Shown here: piece after piece, positions 53,801-64,000 of the stretch | Numbering within the stretch: position 1 is the first letter of the stretch | Layout: the number at the start of each line of letters is the position of its first letter | Assembly (NCBI GenBank): GCA_051294905.1 | Contig: CM119371.1 | Span: 24,368,001 to 24,432,000, forward strand | Length of the DNA: 64,000 bases | DNA from: Botryllus schlosseri | Lineage: Eukaryota | Reading direction: 5' to 3' | Made by a program: the position numbers and the translations under genes | The notes under the pieces: model-generated | Database searches by the model: none | What the model saw: only the letters and a program-made list of their open reading frames with translations | Told to the model about the DNA's origin: nothing

Positions 53801-56800
53801 ATCTGAAAAGATAGTAATACAATACGGTATTGGGCTCTTGTTCGATGAGTAACATAACTTTCAGAATGATCTTTCCCACATTCATATTGGTATAGAAAAT
53901 CCGGGTGCCATACTGTCATTACATAATATATACAATAATCGTGTACTATTCTACGTATATAAGGAATCCATCGTAGTTAATGTAAACTTTAAGAATAAAT
54001 CATATAGACCCAAACAGTATCTAATGAATTTATTAATAATAGCTGTTGAAGGCAATCAGACATCTGTGGTCGGTCAAACTTGTCAACAAGTTCTTTGAAC
54101 TCTGGCTGCATATCGTACGTAGAACCCTCTTAGTAAAGACTGAACGTGAAAATCAGTTATTTTGGAGCGCAGCCTTGCTTCGTTATTATTCGATGTTCGT
54201 GGCCTAAAATGTATGTAGACCCGATAAGAGCAAGTAGTTTCATCTCAATATTTCTCTGGTTGGCAAACTTGGATTCATTCTGCGGCTAATACATTTTATC
54301 AATTATTTCAGAATAGAATTTAACTTTCAGGGTAGAAACTCTCAGCAAGACGGTCAAAATACTTTGGCGGGCGGGATATGGGACGCGGGCCGGGGCTATT
54401 GCTCCTTCGACTAAAACGGTTTCCAACCACTGTCATAAACTGACCAGGACTACATCATTATGCAGAGGTCTTCATCATCAGAACACCCATTACGCACCAA
54501 TGATTTATATCTAACTGCATGCTATAAATGTTAAACCGGCGACGATTTCGAGTGTTCCAGCCACCTCACATCGATTACATCGGCTGTATTGGGTGAAAAT
54601 CGTTCCATAGGCTCATACTTTTTGCTTTTTACGAAAGTATTCACACAATCATGGCATTCATCAAACAAAGCTTGAAAACTAAACTTGAAAAAGGATTTGT
54701 CAAAAGACTGTCTAACAAAAATGTAAATCGAGTGTTTTAATAGGCCTACACCATTTGTTTTAAATGTAACATTAGTGATATTACTTTATTACTTTCCATT
54801 GGAACCTCGATATTGCTCACTCCTACAAACAATGACACCGATATAGAAACGGTGGACTGTAAATCACTGCAACATCTTCCAGCAACACGACGAATAGTAT
54901 TCCACGATATTGGTTCTCAGTCGTACTGACTCGAGTCAAGATTTTCCGATGACTCGGCTTGACTCGAGTCATTTTCACTGAATACGGAATTGACTCAACT
55001 CGAATCGAGTCAATTTGAGTATTGACTCAACTTGGACTCGAGTCATTGCGCATGACTCGAACAAAGTCCTATGATTCGAGAATCAGACGGCCAAGACCGA
55101 CATTTCATAGCAATTTCGAAGAATAGTAAAGTAACCACACTATCGGGATTTCGTCTATTGCCACTGGTACTTGAAAATGAGGAAATTATGATATTATAAA
55201 TGCTAACCATTCGATATCACCAAAGAGAGTTCTAATAAGAGGAATTAACAAGACTTTAACTGGAAACTGAGCACTTAATACAATGACCGGGCCCGGGCTC
55301 GAGTCATAATACCTTGACTTGGACTCGACTCTCTGCTCGCTGACTTGAACTCGGACTTGACTCGGTGGTGAATTGAAAACAACTCGTCTTGGCTCGAGTC
55401 AAAACTATAAAAGTGAGATTGACTTGTGACTCGGAACCTTGTGACTTGGCTACAACCCTGATGAATCGCCTCATATTTAAAATCCCCGAATAATTGACCG
55501 TTACTGACTCATCTCATTCAATGGGCATGAGCCCACTTTCCGAGTAGTTTTCACTAATCGCTAATAGCTTTTTTGCTGGTGTAAGGCAAAATCGGTCGAA
55601 TACAGTTACACGGTCATCAAGTTATAGTCACGTGACAATGCAACGAATATAGATCTTGCTCATCTGAAAAAAAATACAGAATATTTCAACAGATTTCAAT
55701 TAATAATATTCTTGCCGCTTTAGTATTGCCAAATTCTATTACTCTGAGAGGGATTTGAAGTTGTACGGGAATAGAAATACTTAATGGGTTATATATGGGC
55801 AACGGGAAGGCTATGAGGGTGCTAATGAAAGATGGGGTACAAGGATACCTTAATAATTCTCATTACAAAATAACTATTCGCCAGAATAGTTTATTGTCGA
55901 CATTATTTGTAGCGCGATAAATCCTGACGATGAGCGTAATTTCACGAATGCAGGGGCCAGTAGTATTTCATGCATAATGTAACTTATAATCCTATTACGC
56001 ATATGTAACACCGCAATTCGTTACGTAAAGTAATCGAATTTTTATATTACTTTTATAGCTCTCGGCGTTAGATATAATCGATGTCAAAATGCCAGCCGAA
56101 TGTTATCGCGAAATGGCAATTATACTCAAGTCAATCAGCTGCAAAACGACAACATTCGGATATTGTGAATTGACGAGACAGAAGCTTTCTGAATTTTACA
56201 GCGGATGCAAAGACAGCGATCTTAGTGTAAGTGCATTTAATGTTCCAGAAAATTGCATTCTTTAGATCGGGGATGCTTACGAGGGCGATCGCGTATATAT
56301 ATCGTACACTTATATCGTGACGTATTCCGTAGCTTGACATAAGGCTAACGGTATATCGGGCCACAATGCGAATCAAAATTTTTAAAATTAGAAATGGGTG
56401 AAATTGACGGTAATCTTCCATCAGTCAGGAGATTGGTAGATCATGGATCCGTGCAGTATAGATACTCACCAAAATCGGATCACCCCTGGGCCAGATCATA
56501 TAAACACACAATTGTCAAAATTAATTAACATGACATCATATAAAGAATGAATCCCGGATTCTTTATCTGGTTTAGATTACTGTAAGCAATGACCACAAAT
56601 GGGAAATAGTTGCAAAATGTCATTGACTTCTGAATCACATAGGGTGCTGGTTTCCAGACAAGTGATAGTCTGACATCGTGTTGTTCCAATTGCTGTACAT
56701 CTTCTCGACTATCTCTATGATCTTGAAGGAGCTGCGCAATTGAAATTTGCAATACATAAGAGTGACATCAAGCAATCGAATAGGCATTTGAATATAAATG

Positions 56801-59800
56801 ACGTTCCAATTTTGCTTTTTCGTTGCATTTACCTGCCTTAAATACATTACGGGCTAACTTAAATTTTGAAGATTTACCAATCCCCTAAATTTGTCTTGGC
56901 GTACTGTTGATCTGCAAGCTCGAAAAGGTTAAGAACCACTGATTGATATCATCATCGCGATTCAAAGGTTAATCATTATTCAGCTTTCCAAACTGTCGAT
57001 ATGGGATGGTACGATGACGTCAGATGTCTACTGTGACGTTGCGAATATTACCAGTATCACAGGATGTCGAACGCTAATATTGGGACACTGCGATTTGACG
57101 AAAGAGAAGATGGGATGTTTCGCGACAACCGGGAAAGACAATCAGATGTCGGTTAGTTGTGAAATATGAATGAATTGCTGTTTTATAAATATTTCTCTTT
57201 CCGATATCAAGACAGAAAGATTGGTAACTTAGCAATAATAAGGTGATGGCGTGGCAAGAGTTGTCAAATAAATGTGGAAAATCGTAACCCCCGTCATGTC
57301 GAATGTAATGTATATTGTTATTAGGGATGGTATAGACGTGAGGTTCACTCTCGCGTTCTATGTGTGAACCTCAGATATTTTAAGGTTCACGTTCACAAAC
57401 GAAGTTAGTTAAGTTTTGCACTGCAAACATTTTTCATGTATTACAATTTTCGCGTCACTAGAACGTGTCTTTTCAATGCGCTGGCAGCATGCAAACAAAC
57501 TCAACAGTAATCGAATATGCATCTTTCAAATTTCAAAAAAAATCCTTGAAAGTTTGCTCGGAATATTCAGCTGTCCGTTTGTCAATATTTCTCCGCTGGG
57601 AGCTTTGCCAACAATTGAACATTATGGTGGACGAAACACATCACATGTAGGAAGTCGGTGAATCGCGTTTTCTCAACCAATGCATAGAAAATTATTGTGA
57701 AAATTATATCATGCGTACGGGAGCCATATTGATTTGAAATCCGTATTGAAAACCCGATTGGAGTGTTGGCTAATGCATAGCTTGTTTTCGAGACAATATC
57801 TGGCGCAAGTATATAAACCGGCGTTTCACTATTAACAAAACACCTTTCCGGTGGAAGTGGTTCCTCGTGAAATTGTTGCAAAGCAACAGAAGTTATTGAT
57901 TTTGCCGGATTATTATCACACGTGATTGTTTGAATTCATTGAGTGACGTTTCGGATATCAGCATATGCTTCAGGATTGTAACATAAGGTGACCGAGTCGT
58001 CTTTAGTTATCGTATACTTTACCGACACGTATGGTTAGAATTGAAAATTTGACGTCACGTGACGTCATTGGCTTACGTCCGCGTTGAAACAGATCCATTC
58101 AAAATGGTTCGAGTTCACACGATGCAGACTCAAAATATGATAAAATGATAACTCATGTTTCCCTTCTTTTCTCTCGAAAAAAAGTAAATCATACCCAATT
58201 TAATGTAAGTGACTTCTATACAGCAATCGGCTATTGTCATAAATTTTTGTTTTACAGCTCTCAGATCTGGAAATACGTGATGTCAAAATGCCAGCAGAAA
58301 GTTACCGCGAAATTCCAATTACACTCAAATCCGTTAAATGCAAAAATGTAAAATTCACTAAATGCGAATTGACGAGAATGAAGATCTCTGAATTCAAAAA
58401 TGGATGCAAAGACAACCATGTATCGGTAAGTTCTACTAATGTACCGGGACGTGCATCGTGTAGATTGGTAGTTGTTGTTGCTGTTGTTGTTTGTGGTGTT
58501 TATGGTTTTCATCGACTACGATCGTCATTTAGACCAAGCCGATATTCCCTATTTTTTCATTCCGAAACTGCCGACTTGTCGCATGGCCCAATTCTGGGCT
58601 TGTTAAGATACCACATACGCGGATGAGATGACCAAGGTCCAAGAATAATCTAGAGAGGGAATGCGCTCCAGGGTATTCCAGAGCGAACTGTAGATTTCGA
58701 GATAAAATCTAACCTTTCTACCGTGCACCAATATTAATCATAACGGCTCTTTGTATTCTGGCTACAGCTTACCTTCCATTTCACCAAAGTGAACTTTACG
58801 TCCATTTTTGACCAGCTTGCCGAGCGCTAAACTCGATAAAACGACCATTGATTGGAAGCTGCTGCCATACTAATTACGGAAATATGAAATTTATTCTGCT
58901 CGTGGACCTGGTACCCCCCAAAATCAGCCAGAAAAATTTACATTTAGATCGAGATTGGAATTGTGATGCAACAGTGCTGTCTGGCTCTTTGTTCTTACCT
59001 TCACTCTCGTTTTTCCACATATAATTGTTGCGTCAGAATGCCAAATCCGATCTCAATGCAAATTTCGAGGCAGATTTTGGGAGGTTCCATGTCTATGAGC
59101 ACATTAAAATTTATATTTTTATAATCAGTACAACAATAGCTCTTCATTGATACCCGTTTCCTGGAATTTAGCGGTTGGGAAGCAGGTCAAATATGACAGT
59201 AAAGTAGCCTTTGGTCATATCGAAAGTATGGAGTAACCCGAATGCAGTGAGCTATTGAGTTTCGCTGTGTCCACGCCGTATAGGACACTATTGTCAAACT
59301 GTCTGATAGTTGACATGCGTATATTTCATTACGAGAAGCAAACGTACCAGAGTTCTCCCATTCGTCAGACGCCTGCGATTTTAAGCTGGTTTCTTCATGG
59401 AACGCATCATTTTCATCGGCAGTTCGCATTTATACGGCGGGGGTCACATTGACATGGTACCAGACATGGGGTGATTACTTCATGAATGTAATCGATTGCG
59501 ATTACGATTACTTCTGAATCACGCGATTACGATTACGATTACGATTACAGCAAAATCGGGAAGTAGTCGATTACGATTACGATTATATTGTAAAAGTAAT
59601 CACGATTACTCACGATTACATTTATTTTGTATCGTAGTAGTTATATGGGAAGACAATACATGGATTGCGCCGGAAAGGCCCAATGATATAACAACTGTCT
59701 TTAAAAAAGATGGGACGGACATTTCCTTGTTACGTCATAATGTACCCATGGCCCATTTTATAGAGGACGGTTTATCGCACCCAATGATTTGCATTCTTGC

Positions 59801-62800
59801 AAGGTCCATAACTGCCGCACCCCTAATTCCCCAATAGGGTGGGGAGCGTGGTTGGAGGGGACTCAAAAGTATTTTGTAAACGAACATAAATTATAGAGTA
59901 TTTTCGAGAGATTTCATTAACTTGGAATTTCTCTTTGAGCTTTGCGATTTGAATGTCTCTAGATAGCTTGATTTTGAAATGCATACGTCTCCCCCTCAAG
60001 AAATAAAGCATGCATAATTAATTGTAATAGGCATTTAGGTGCCAGTCAATACCGCTCCTCAACACATCGAAAGACATATGCAGTTTTGGCCAACATGAGA
60101 CTCCACGAAGTGTGCTATTAAAGAAAGACATTGGCCAAAACTTAGGGTATGTGTCCATTGTTAATAGCCGCGCTGGGTGGGCGTGACTAACAGTCCATTC
60201 CTTCCAATCTGAGCCCACGATGCAAATGCCACCCGGGCACCCACAGAGCATTTGACATGTCAATTTGTGTGTGCGTCTCAGTGGTCTCACGCAAGTTTTT
60301 CTTTTAGTCTGCTGTTTGGGCCGCTACAATCAATATCTTTTGGCTATATAACAGACCGAAGGTCATGAATTAACAACATACAATAAAGTAATTATTGCAA
60401 GATACCATACGTTATAATTATGAATTACACCCCCCCTCTTCAGGTAAATCTGACCATCGGGCGCTGAGATAGGATTAAAAATGCAATATAATGCAATTAC
60501 CATTATTATTGACGAAATTAAATCTTCAACTTCAAAATTGACTACTCTATGGGGGCCCAAGACCAAAGTTTGGTTGGGGGACGCTTTTGCTGTTTTGATC
60601 CTGGTTCTAGCAACAACCCACGCTAACATGGTATATAAGCCGATGGCTATGGCTGCAGGTCCAAATGTTCAGTAAAGAATTGTGAAATAGCGATTGGCGC
60701 CCGTTTTGAGTAGAATAATAAGAGAATAACGGAAAGTGAACATAAAATTCTGCCTTCAACTTAATGTGATAATGTAATGCTGCAAGCTGCCATTACGAGA
60801 AACGGCAAAACAACGGCCTAGTTATGATCTATATCAGCAGCTGTTTATTTTAATGCTTCGTTGTGGAAACCGTAATGTTTTATATGACGAGTACAAAATT
60901 TTAAACCTTTGTCTGCTGTACGTTCGTACCATATAGGCCTACTGCTCACCAAGCAGCAACGGTGAAACTGGATTTAACTATAGAATTAGAACTATTACAT
61001 TCTATAGTTTAACTAAGCATAACCTAACATCAATACAAAAGTTGCTATTTTAACTTAGGCAGAGAGGTGATTATGATTAATTATCCTGATGCGAGGTAGT
61101 GGCGTCTGAAATGTATTGATAAACCGATATACAGCACGGTGGGTTTTCTTACAATCACACTAATGTACATCGAATGTCTATTTACTATGTGTGGACAGTG
61201 GACACTTTCTACGCAAAGACGAGCAAAGCTTATAGGCTACCTCTGACGTAATAATGAGCAGTGGCAATTGAAAATCAGACGTTTGTACTCTCAATAACTG
61301 GTATAATACCCTTTCCTTGTTCACGAGTGTTCACTGTTCAGTTTATGTCACAGTCCTTGTACAAATAAAAAGTAATCGTTCTTTTACAAAGTAATCGATT
61401 AAATATGGGAAGTAGTCGATTACGATTACGATTACTTCGGGATTTTTTCGAATGTAATCGATTGCGATTACGATTACTTAAAAATGCTGTAATCGTCGTA
61501 ATCGATTACGATTACTAATCGCGATTACCCCATGTCTGCATGGTACCATTATAATAAATACGAAAAGATTGTAAGAAATTTTTAGGTTTATTGAAAAACC
61601 CCAATGATATTTCAACGAATTCTTAAATTCAAATAGCATATTGACGCTAGCCAACAACCGCTAGTTTAATTATGTGTAGAAGACCGCATAATTATGGTTT
61701 TACGTCTGAATGCGCATCATTCAATTCATATTAGTTGGTTGCTAGTATCAACGATTCTTCTCAATCTCAATTACTCAGCATAGGCACAGCAAGCAAACTC
61801 AAATTCCTATTTGTTTTGTTCTGTAAATACACTATCCTGATGTGGATCTAGTGAGTTTAATCTCATCATAAATGAAATCAAAGTTCTGGATATTTTGTTA
61901 TGTTTGTGATTTATTTACCAATTTGACCAGTGACATGAAAAATACAGATTGAAATAAGGATAGGTTATAACTTAACTTCATAATAAAAATTGAAGATCAA
62001 GATAAAAGCTTCTCATTTCATGCTATCTGTGTAAAACGCCGATGAAATTATTATGGTTACCTAATAGGGAGTACCGGCATTCAATGTTGTATGCTATTGA
62101 AAGAGGCATTCCATTTGGTATGTGGAACGCGCCAATGAAATTTGTATGTTTGGCTAGGGAGATCGGCATTCACTGTCATATGCTAGGGTTACCATATTCC
62201 TGTGGTACAAATTCCTGACACTCAAGCCAACTAGCTTTACGAAATAAAGTGTGTCATTTTCCAAATCGGTATGGTACAATCCGATTCACTTGTACGAATT
62301 ACAAGCTAAATAATACAATATGTTAACACACGTTGACAACACAATACTTCAGTTTTCGATTTTAATGCAGTAGGGCCCTTCTTAATCGGCGCTGGAATTG
62401 GAATCGTCAAGAAATAACAATTCATTCGCGGCTCTGAACAATCTTCCTGCCCCGCGCATCAATATGCACCCACAGTAGCTATTCATAACATTGCCACTCG
62501 CGATTTCGGTGCGTACAATAGGCCGTTGCGAAAAGTAGAATGGTCCGGAGTTCACTGGAAATGGATATGTACCGTTTACCATATGCATTATGCGTCCATA
62601 TAGCTCACTGCGGCTAGGCCCTAGAATGCGGCCTTAGGTTACATAAATAATCGAAATGCGGCCATGATCAGCAAAAATGTTGCCCACCTCTGTATTAGAT
62701 GATGTGCTAGTTTTGACATAACGATAAATGCAAGGGGGGGGGGGGGGGGCAGGTGGCGCGATTGTATGACCATCGCCATAGGGGCCGAAGGTCATAAAAG

Positions 62801-63902
62801 GTTGAGAACCGCTGTGATAGACAAAAGTGCGAAACAGTAGATGCCAATTTCTAGGAATGCAATTTCACTAAATAGTTCGTATGTCATTATCTTAAAGATA
62901 TGTCGAAATACCGAAATTTCTGCGTTGGCCACACAAAGTCATGTCGTCGCGAAAATAAGTTGAGCCCTGCCTTTCGTATAGAATATGCAAGTACAGAATG
63001 GCGAAAATTTGATAATCACTAAGACTGTCCATTGGAGAGACCTGGCGAAATCAACGAATATTTTGAATGGCAACAGATAAATGTACCTAGGGAATGTATT
63101 TCGTACTCAAAATCTCCACATTTGTCAGAAATGTGCTGGATAATACGGCAATTTTTCAATAATCACTTCGCGGATTGGATGAAATCGTCAGGCGGGCCGT
63201 ATGTTTGAACCCACTGCTGTACATCGTCGACTCCAATACTACTTCAATATTAGCGAGACGTACAAATTAACAGCATCTCAGCAAATAAGAATTGATCATA
63301 TCTACGACAGCGTGTGCAAAATAAGGCAGCGTAATAATTACATAAACAGTGATTACTAACAGCACACTGTGTCATTGCGTTGATACAAAAGGGTGCTGGA
63401 TTTCGGTCAAGTGATAGTTTGACATCGTGTTGTTCCAATTGCTGTACATCTTCTCGACTATGTCCATGATTTGGAAGGAGCTGGGCAATTGAAATTTGCA
63501 ATACACAAGAGTGACTTCATGCAATCGCAGAGGCATTTGAATTCAAATGACGTTCCATTATTTGCTTGTTCGTTGCATTTACTTGCCGTAAATACATTGT
63601 GGGCTAACTTCAATTATAAAGATTTACCAGTTACCGATTTTTTTTTTAAACGTACTGATGGTCTTCAAGCTCGAAAAGGTTAAGAACCACTGATTTATAT
63701 CATCATCGCGATTCAAAGGTTAATTATTATTCAGCTTTCCAAACTGTCGATATGGGATGGTACGATGACATCAGAAATTTACTGTGACGTTGCGAATATT
63801 ACTAGTATGACGGGATGTCGAACGCTATTTTTGGGAGACTGCGATTTGACGGTAGAGAAGTTGAGATGTTTCGCGACAACCGGGAAAGAAAATCAGATGT
63901 CG
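14567..63902 (+). CDS. NLR (Death-NACHT-LRR) innate immune receptor, >=12 coding exons, 3' end beyond window
   Basis: Exons 14567-14852, 19588-20726, 21198-21360, 22260-22579, 40487-40654, 42381-42548, 45074-45241, 48391-48558, 56059-56226, 56984-57151, 58258-58425, 63735-63902 have GT..AG intron boundaries with matching phases (1,0,1,0,0...). Total 3252 nt = 1084 codons without a stop. Domain order Death, NACHT, HD1/WH, HD2, LRR. Confidence 0.88.
14880..15190 (+). mobile_element. Second tRNA-derived SINE just downstream of NLR exon 1
   Basis: A box TAGCGTAATGG and B box GGTTCGATTCC followed by a non-tRNA body; no acceptor stem; 3' end approximate. Confidence 0.6.
15932..16842. mobile_element. 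hAT (Charlie-like) MITE in NLR intron 1
   Basis: TIR CAGAGGT(C/A)TCA; perfect TSD CCCTAGTC. Confidence 0.82.
19588..20726 (+). CDS. NLR exon 2: NACHT NTPase, HD1 and start of winged helix
   Basis: Acceptor TTTTCTTAG, phase 1. Walker A GEAGAGKST (19824-19850), Walker B ILLTIDGLDQ, sensor 1 RILTTSR, MRGFD, LCRNPMFL, FSFSHQTMQ. Donor CAG|GTTAGC. Confidence 0.92.
21198..21360 (+). CDS. NLR exon 3: winged helix end / HD2
   Basis: TTCAG|GAA continues SHQTMQ-EFCCALH, matching the NLR FxHxxxQEFxAA motif; MRQLLYGL; donor G|GTAAGT, phase 1. Confidence 0.88.
22260..22579 (+). CDS. NLR exon 4: HD2 / LRR transition
   Basis: Acceptor CACAG, phase 1; open frame GRSTPIEECREMMFEQ...RLLSEC...VEIFE; donor GAG|GTAGCT, phase 0. 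Confidence 0.75.
23997..26049 (-). mobile_element. Kolobok DNA transposon, internally deleted
   Basis: TTAA TSD on both sides; TIR GGGGGTAAGGTACT; minus-strand remnant CPDC...GFATEISIGVSCC...FTSS (25170-25463) like the Kolobok transposase N-terminal zinc motif. Confidence 0.8.
26178..26450 (+). repeat. Subterminal degenerate ~55-bp tandem repeat of the Polinton end
   Basis: 4-5 units alternating TGACCTGCC and GGTGACCCCACCCT cores. Confidence 0.8.
26979..27589 (-). pseudogene. Tandem OB-fold ssDNA-binding (RPA/SSB-like) gene, disrupted
   Basis: OB1: VKFVSSPKR...YLKGIFIDGNNEEISFTCF. OB2: VSIAATCVSREEKMVNSGTGKELKLYSFALKDDTGEVVLDQW...GKKYQLT. The two ORFs join via one frameshift (~27275) and one in-frame TAA (27217-27219). 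TATAAAT at 27637-27631 lies upstream of MASNS. Confidence 0.65.
27752..28105 (-). CDS. Candidate viral Bcl-2-fold protein (~117 aa)
   Basis: Intact ORF from MATSAII. TSAIIENYLLY resembles BH4/alpha1, FTALVNTIRSYGVDWNGVLSLISIA resembles BH1, and LTSDWVRRK resembles BH2, with plausible spacing. Pattern recognition only. Confidence 0.5.
   Translation of the reverse strand: MATSAIIENYLLYYHNLTTPTLSETEKFIHGVLDFYVHGEIVNRVRKCDFTALVNTIRSYGVDWNGVLSLISIAAMKSDIHSVAVYRDLTTDILNTHYSTLTSDWVRRKFIRIICHL
28238..28744 (+). promoter_or_regulatory. TATA box and multi-exon non-coding 5' leader of pPolB
   Basis: TATAAATA at 28238; predicted introns 28380-28442, 28476-28535, 28579-28642, 28680-28744 (60-65 nt; GTAAGT/GTTAGT/GTGAGT/GTAAGT...AG). 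Confidence 0.6.
28745..31017 (+). pseudogene. polB: Protein-primed family B DNA polymerase (Polinton type), frameshifted near 30140 and 3'-truncated
   Basis: Motifs DNLCAFRCIA, HFCLITN, C2H2-like CDTCEKFF...LARHKC, LQFLDIVNYL, KAHFPYQFL, LPNHDEFY, SLRDYLKWCNAND, GGPSIIFHR, SLYLYAL, PTG. Probable start ATG at 28745 (MSRRRRNR) directly after TTTTACAG. Polymerase motifs B and C are absent. Confidence 0.88.
32190..32645 (+). repeat. ~42-bp minisatellite, about 10-11 units
   Basis: Recurrent CCTGAGTAACAA(T/A)ACC(A/G)TTTTCACTTGGAAATATATTTTTT units with two variants. Confidence 0.9.
33656..33688 (+). repeat. (CTGA)n microsatellite
   Basis: About 8 perfect units. Confidence 0.9.
34304..35263. mobile_element. 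MITE with TA TSD (Tc1/mariner-like)
   Basis: TIR GGGGAGATGTGGTACCGATGGATCA; TA duplicated; the empty site is visible in the related copy near 35600. Confidence 0.8.
36579..38065. mobile_element. hAT-type MITE
   Basis: TIR CAA(A/T)GTTCCCTCTAA; perfect 8-bp TSD ATCATGGC. Confidence 0.82.
38660..39688 (-). mobile_element. hAT deletion derivative retaining transposase C-terminus (38830-39285)
   Basis: TIR TAGGGCCATTT; TSD GTAATTAC; ATATGAC subterminal repeats; hATC motif CQPTSASVERSFSLLK. Confidence 0.88.
40487..40654 (+). CDS. NLR 168-nt LRR-like exon (divergent); in-frame alternative acceptor at 40481
   Basis: TTCAG|ATG GAC...CGG AAG|GTGGGA, 56 codons, phase 0/0, ITNLRV strand motif. Confidence 0.65.
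42381..42548 (+). CDS. NLR 168-nt LRR exon
   Basis: TTTTTCAG|VSIMTIEDKSM...FDGLSLASCDLTDKDVGMILQCC...GIE|GTAATG; ribonuclease-inhibitor-like LxLxxCxLT motif. Confidence 0.85.
45074..45241 (+). CDS. NLR 168-nt LRR exon, type A (missing from ORF track)
   Basis: TTCAG|LSEVMIWDGTMTSDVYCDVAAILGVTGCTKVTFGNCDLTKQKLGCFTRNCKRNQIS|GTGAGT. Confidence 0.87.
45984..47664 (-). mobile_element. Chapaev3-like (CMC) DNA transposon, decayed
   Basis: CAC...GTG termini; ~150-bp TIR beginning CACTGGTCTACA; 3-bp TSD ATA. Transposase remnants WFICVDFKMVNFLLGQPSGYTEYPCFPCYWDSR, LPPLHIK and VSEEQGERF...MEARYQG with stops/frameshifts. Confidence 0.8.
48391..48558 (+). CDS. NLR 168-nt LRR exon, type B
   Basis: CGTAG|ISRLQIWDHKMPVEVYREIAVTLKATNSKGMLFQNCELTRSKLSEFYTGCKDNALS|GTAAGT. 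Confidence 0.87.
48828..51206 (+). mobile_element. hAT derivative with 1169-bp internal tandem duplication
   Basis: TIR TAGGGCGATTTTTTTTTGAC, flanked by TAATAAG; GTCAAAA repeats; hATC remnant CQPTAATVERSFSI; near-identical units offset by 1169 bp. Confidence 0.85.
49293..49581 (-). mobile_element. tRNA-derived SINE with (CAA)n tail; other copies at 50462-50750 (-) and 2119-2362 (+), partials at ~14230-14410, 15215-15365, 51500-51630, 58470-58640
   Basis: Head GGCGAGATAGCGTA...(G/A)TTC(G/T)AGTCC with A/B-box-like motifs; shared core GTAAGCGGTGTCTTA...TTGGCCTGGTGTAAATGACC; TSD TCTCCATT. Confidence 0.75.
52111..53651. mobile_element. hAT-type MITE with TACTT subterminal repeats
   Basis: TIR CAGAGGTGGTCA; imperfect TSD CGCATTCT/CGGCATTCT. 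Confidence 0.75.
54919..55460. mobile_element. MITE with GACTCGAGTC subterminal repeats
   Basis: Arrays of GACTCG/CGAGTC at both ends; right end TACAACCCTG; left end approximate. Confidence 0.55.
56059..56226 (+). CDS. NLR 168-nt LRR exon, type B (missing from ORF track)
   Basis: TTTTATAG|LSALDIIDVKMPAECYREMAIILKSISCKTTTFGYCELTRQKLSEFYSGCKDSDLS|GTAAGT. Confidence 0.87.
56640..57250 (+). repeat. Segmental duplication (intron + type A LRR exon), paired with 63390-64000
   Basis: Colinear similarity from AGGGTGCTGG through the exon to TTAGCAATAATAAGGTGAT. Confidence 0.92.
56984..57151 (+). CDS. NLR 168-nt LRR exon, type A (missing from ORF track)
   Basis: TTCAG|LSKLSIWDGTMTSDVYCDVANITSITGCRTLILGHCDLTKEKMGCFATTGKDNQMS|GTTAGT. 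Confidence 0.87.
58258..58425 (+). CDS. NLR 168-nt LRR exon, type B
   Basis: TTTTACAG|LSDLEIRDVKMPAESYREIPITLKSVKCKNVKFTKCELTRMKISEFKNGCKDNHVS|GTAAGT. Confidence 0.87.
58700..59290. repeat. Old fold-back MITE (long degenerate inverted repeat); related copy ~53120-53470
   Basis: 58720-58950 is an imperfect reverse complement of 59045-59280. Confidence 0.55.
59461..61538. mobile_element. hAT-type MITE with GATTAC subterminal repeats
   Basis: TIR CAGACATGGGGT; perfect TSD CATGGTAC; (CGATTA)n arrays. Confidence 0.88.
63735..63902 (+). CDS. NLR 168-nt LRR exon, type A
   Basis: TTCAG|LSKLSIWDGTMTSEIYCDVANITSMTGCRTLFLGDCDLTVEKLRCFATTGKENQMS|GTTAGT. Confidence 0.87.
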
Positions 63903-64000
63903 GTTAGTTGTGAAATATGTATGAATTGCAGTAATATGAATATTTCTCTTTCCGATATCAAGACAGGAAGATTGGTCTTAGCAATAATAAGGTGATTGCG

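Noticed and set aside
59496..59837. 113-aa ORF with ITITIT/RLRLRL
   Set aside because: Translation of the (CGATTA)n MITE subterminal repeats.

Overview
AT-rich, transposon-saturated animal genomic DNA (marine invertebrate-like; the taxon is an inference, not provable here), with spliceosomal introns and no prokaryotic operons. The window is dominated by one + strand NLR immune-receptor gene, reconstructed by hand: Death domain exon (14567-14852), NACHT/winged-helix/HD2 exons (19588-20726, 21198-21360, 22260-22579) and at least eight phase-0, 168-nt LRR-like exons (40487-63902). That gives 1084 codons with compatible phases and no stop; the gene runs off the window. Its ~17.9-kb fourth intron holds a nest of DNA transposons. 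At the core, an 11.6-kb hAT-type element (8-bp TSD) encloses a one-ended Polinton/Maverick (adintovirus-like) endogenous virus relic. The relic has an AGTAGT terminus, a disrupted tandem OB-fold SSB gene, a candidate Bcl-2-fold gene and a catalytically eroded protein-primed DNA polymerase B preceded by an apparent four-intron non-coding leader. The remainder is ISL2EU, Kolobok, Chapaev3 and hAT remnants, MITEs and tRNA-derived SINEs. All calls are by eye; no database search was run.
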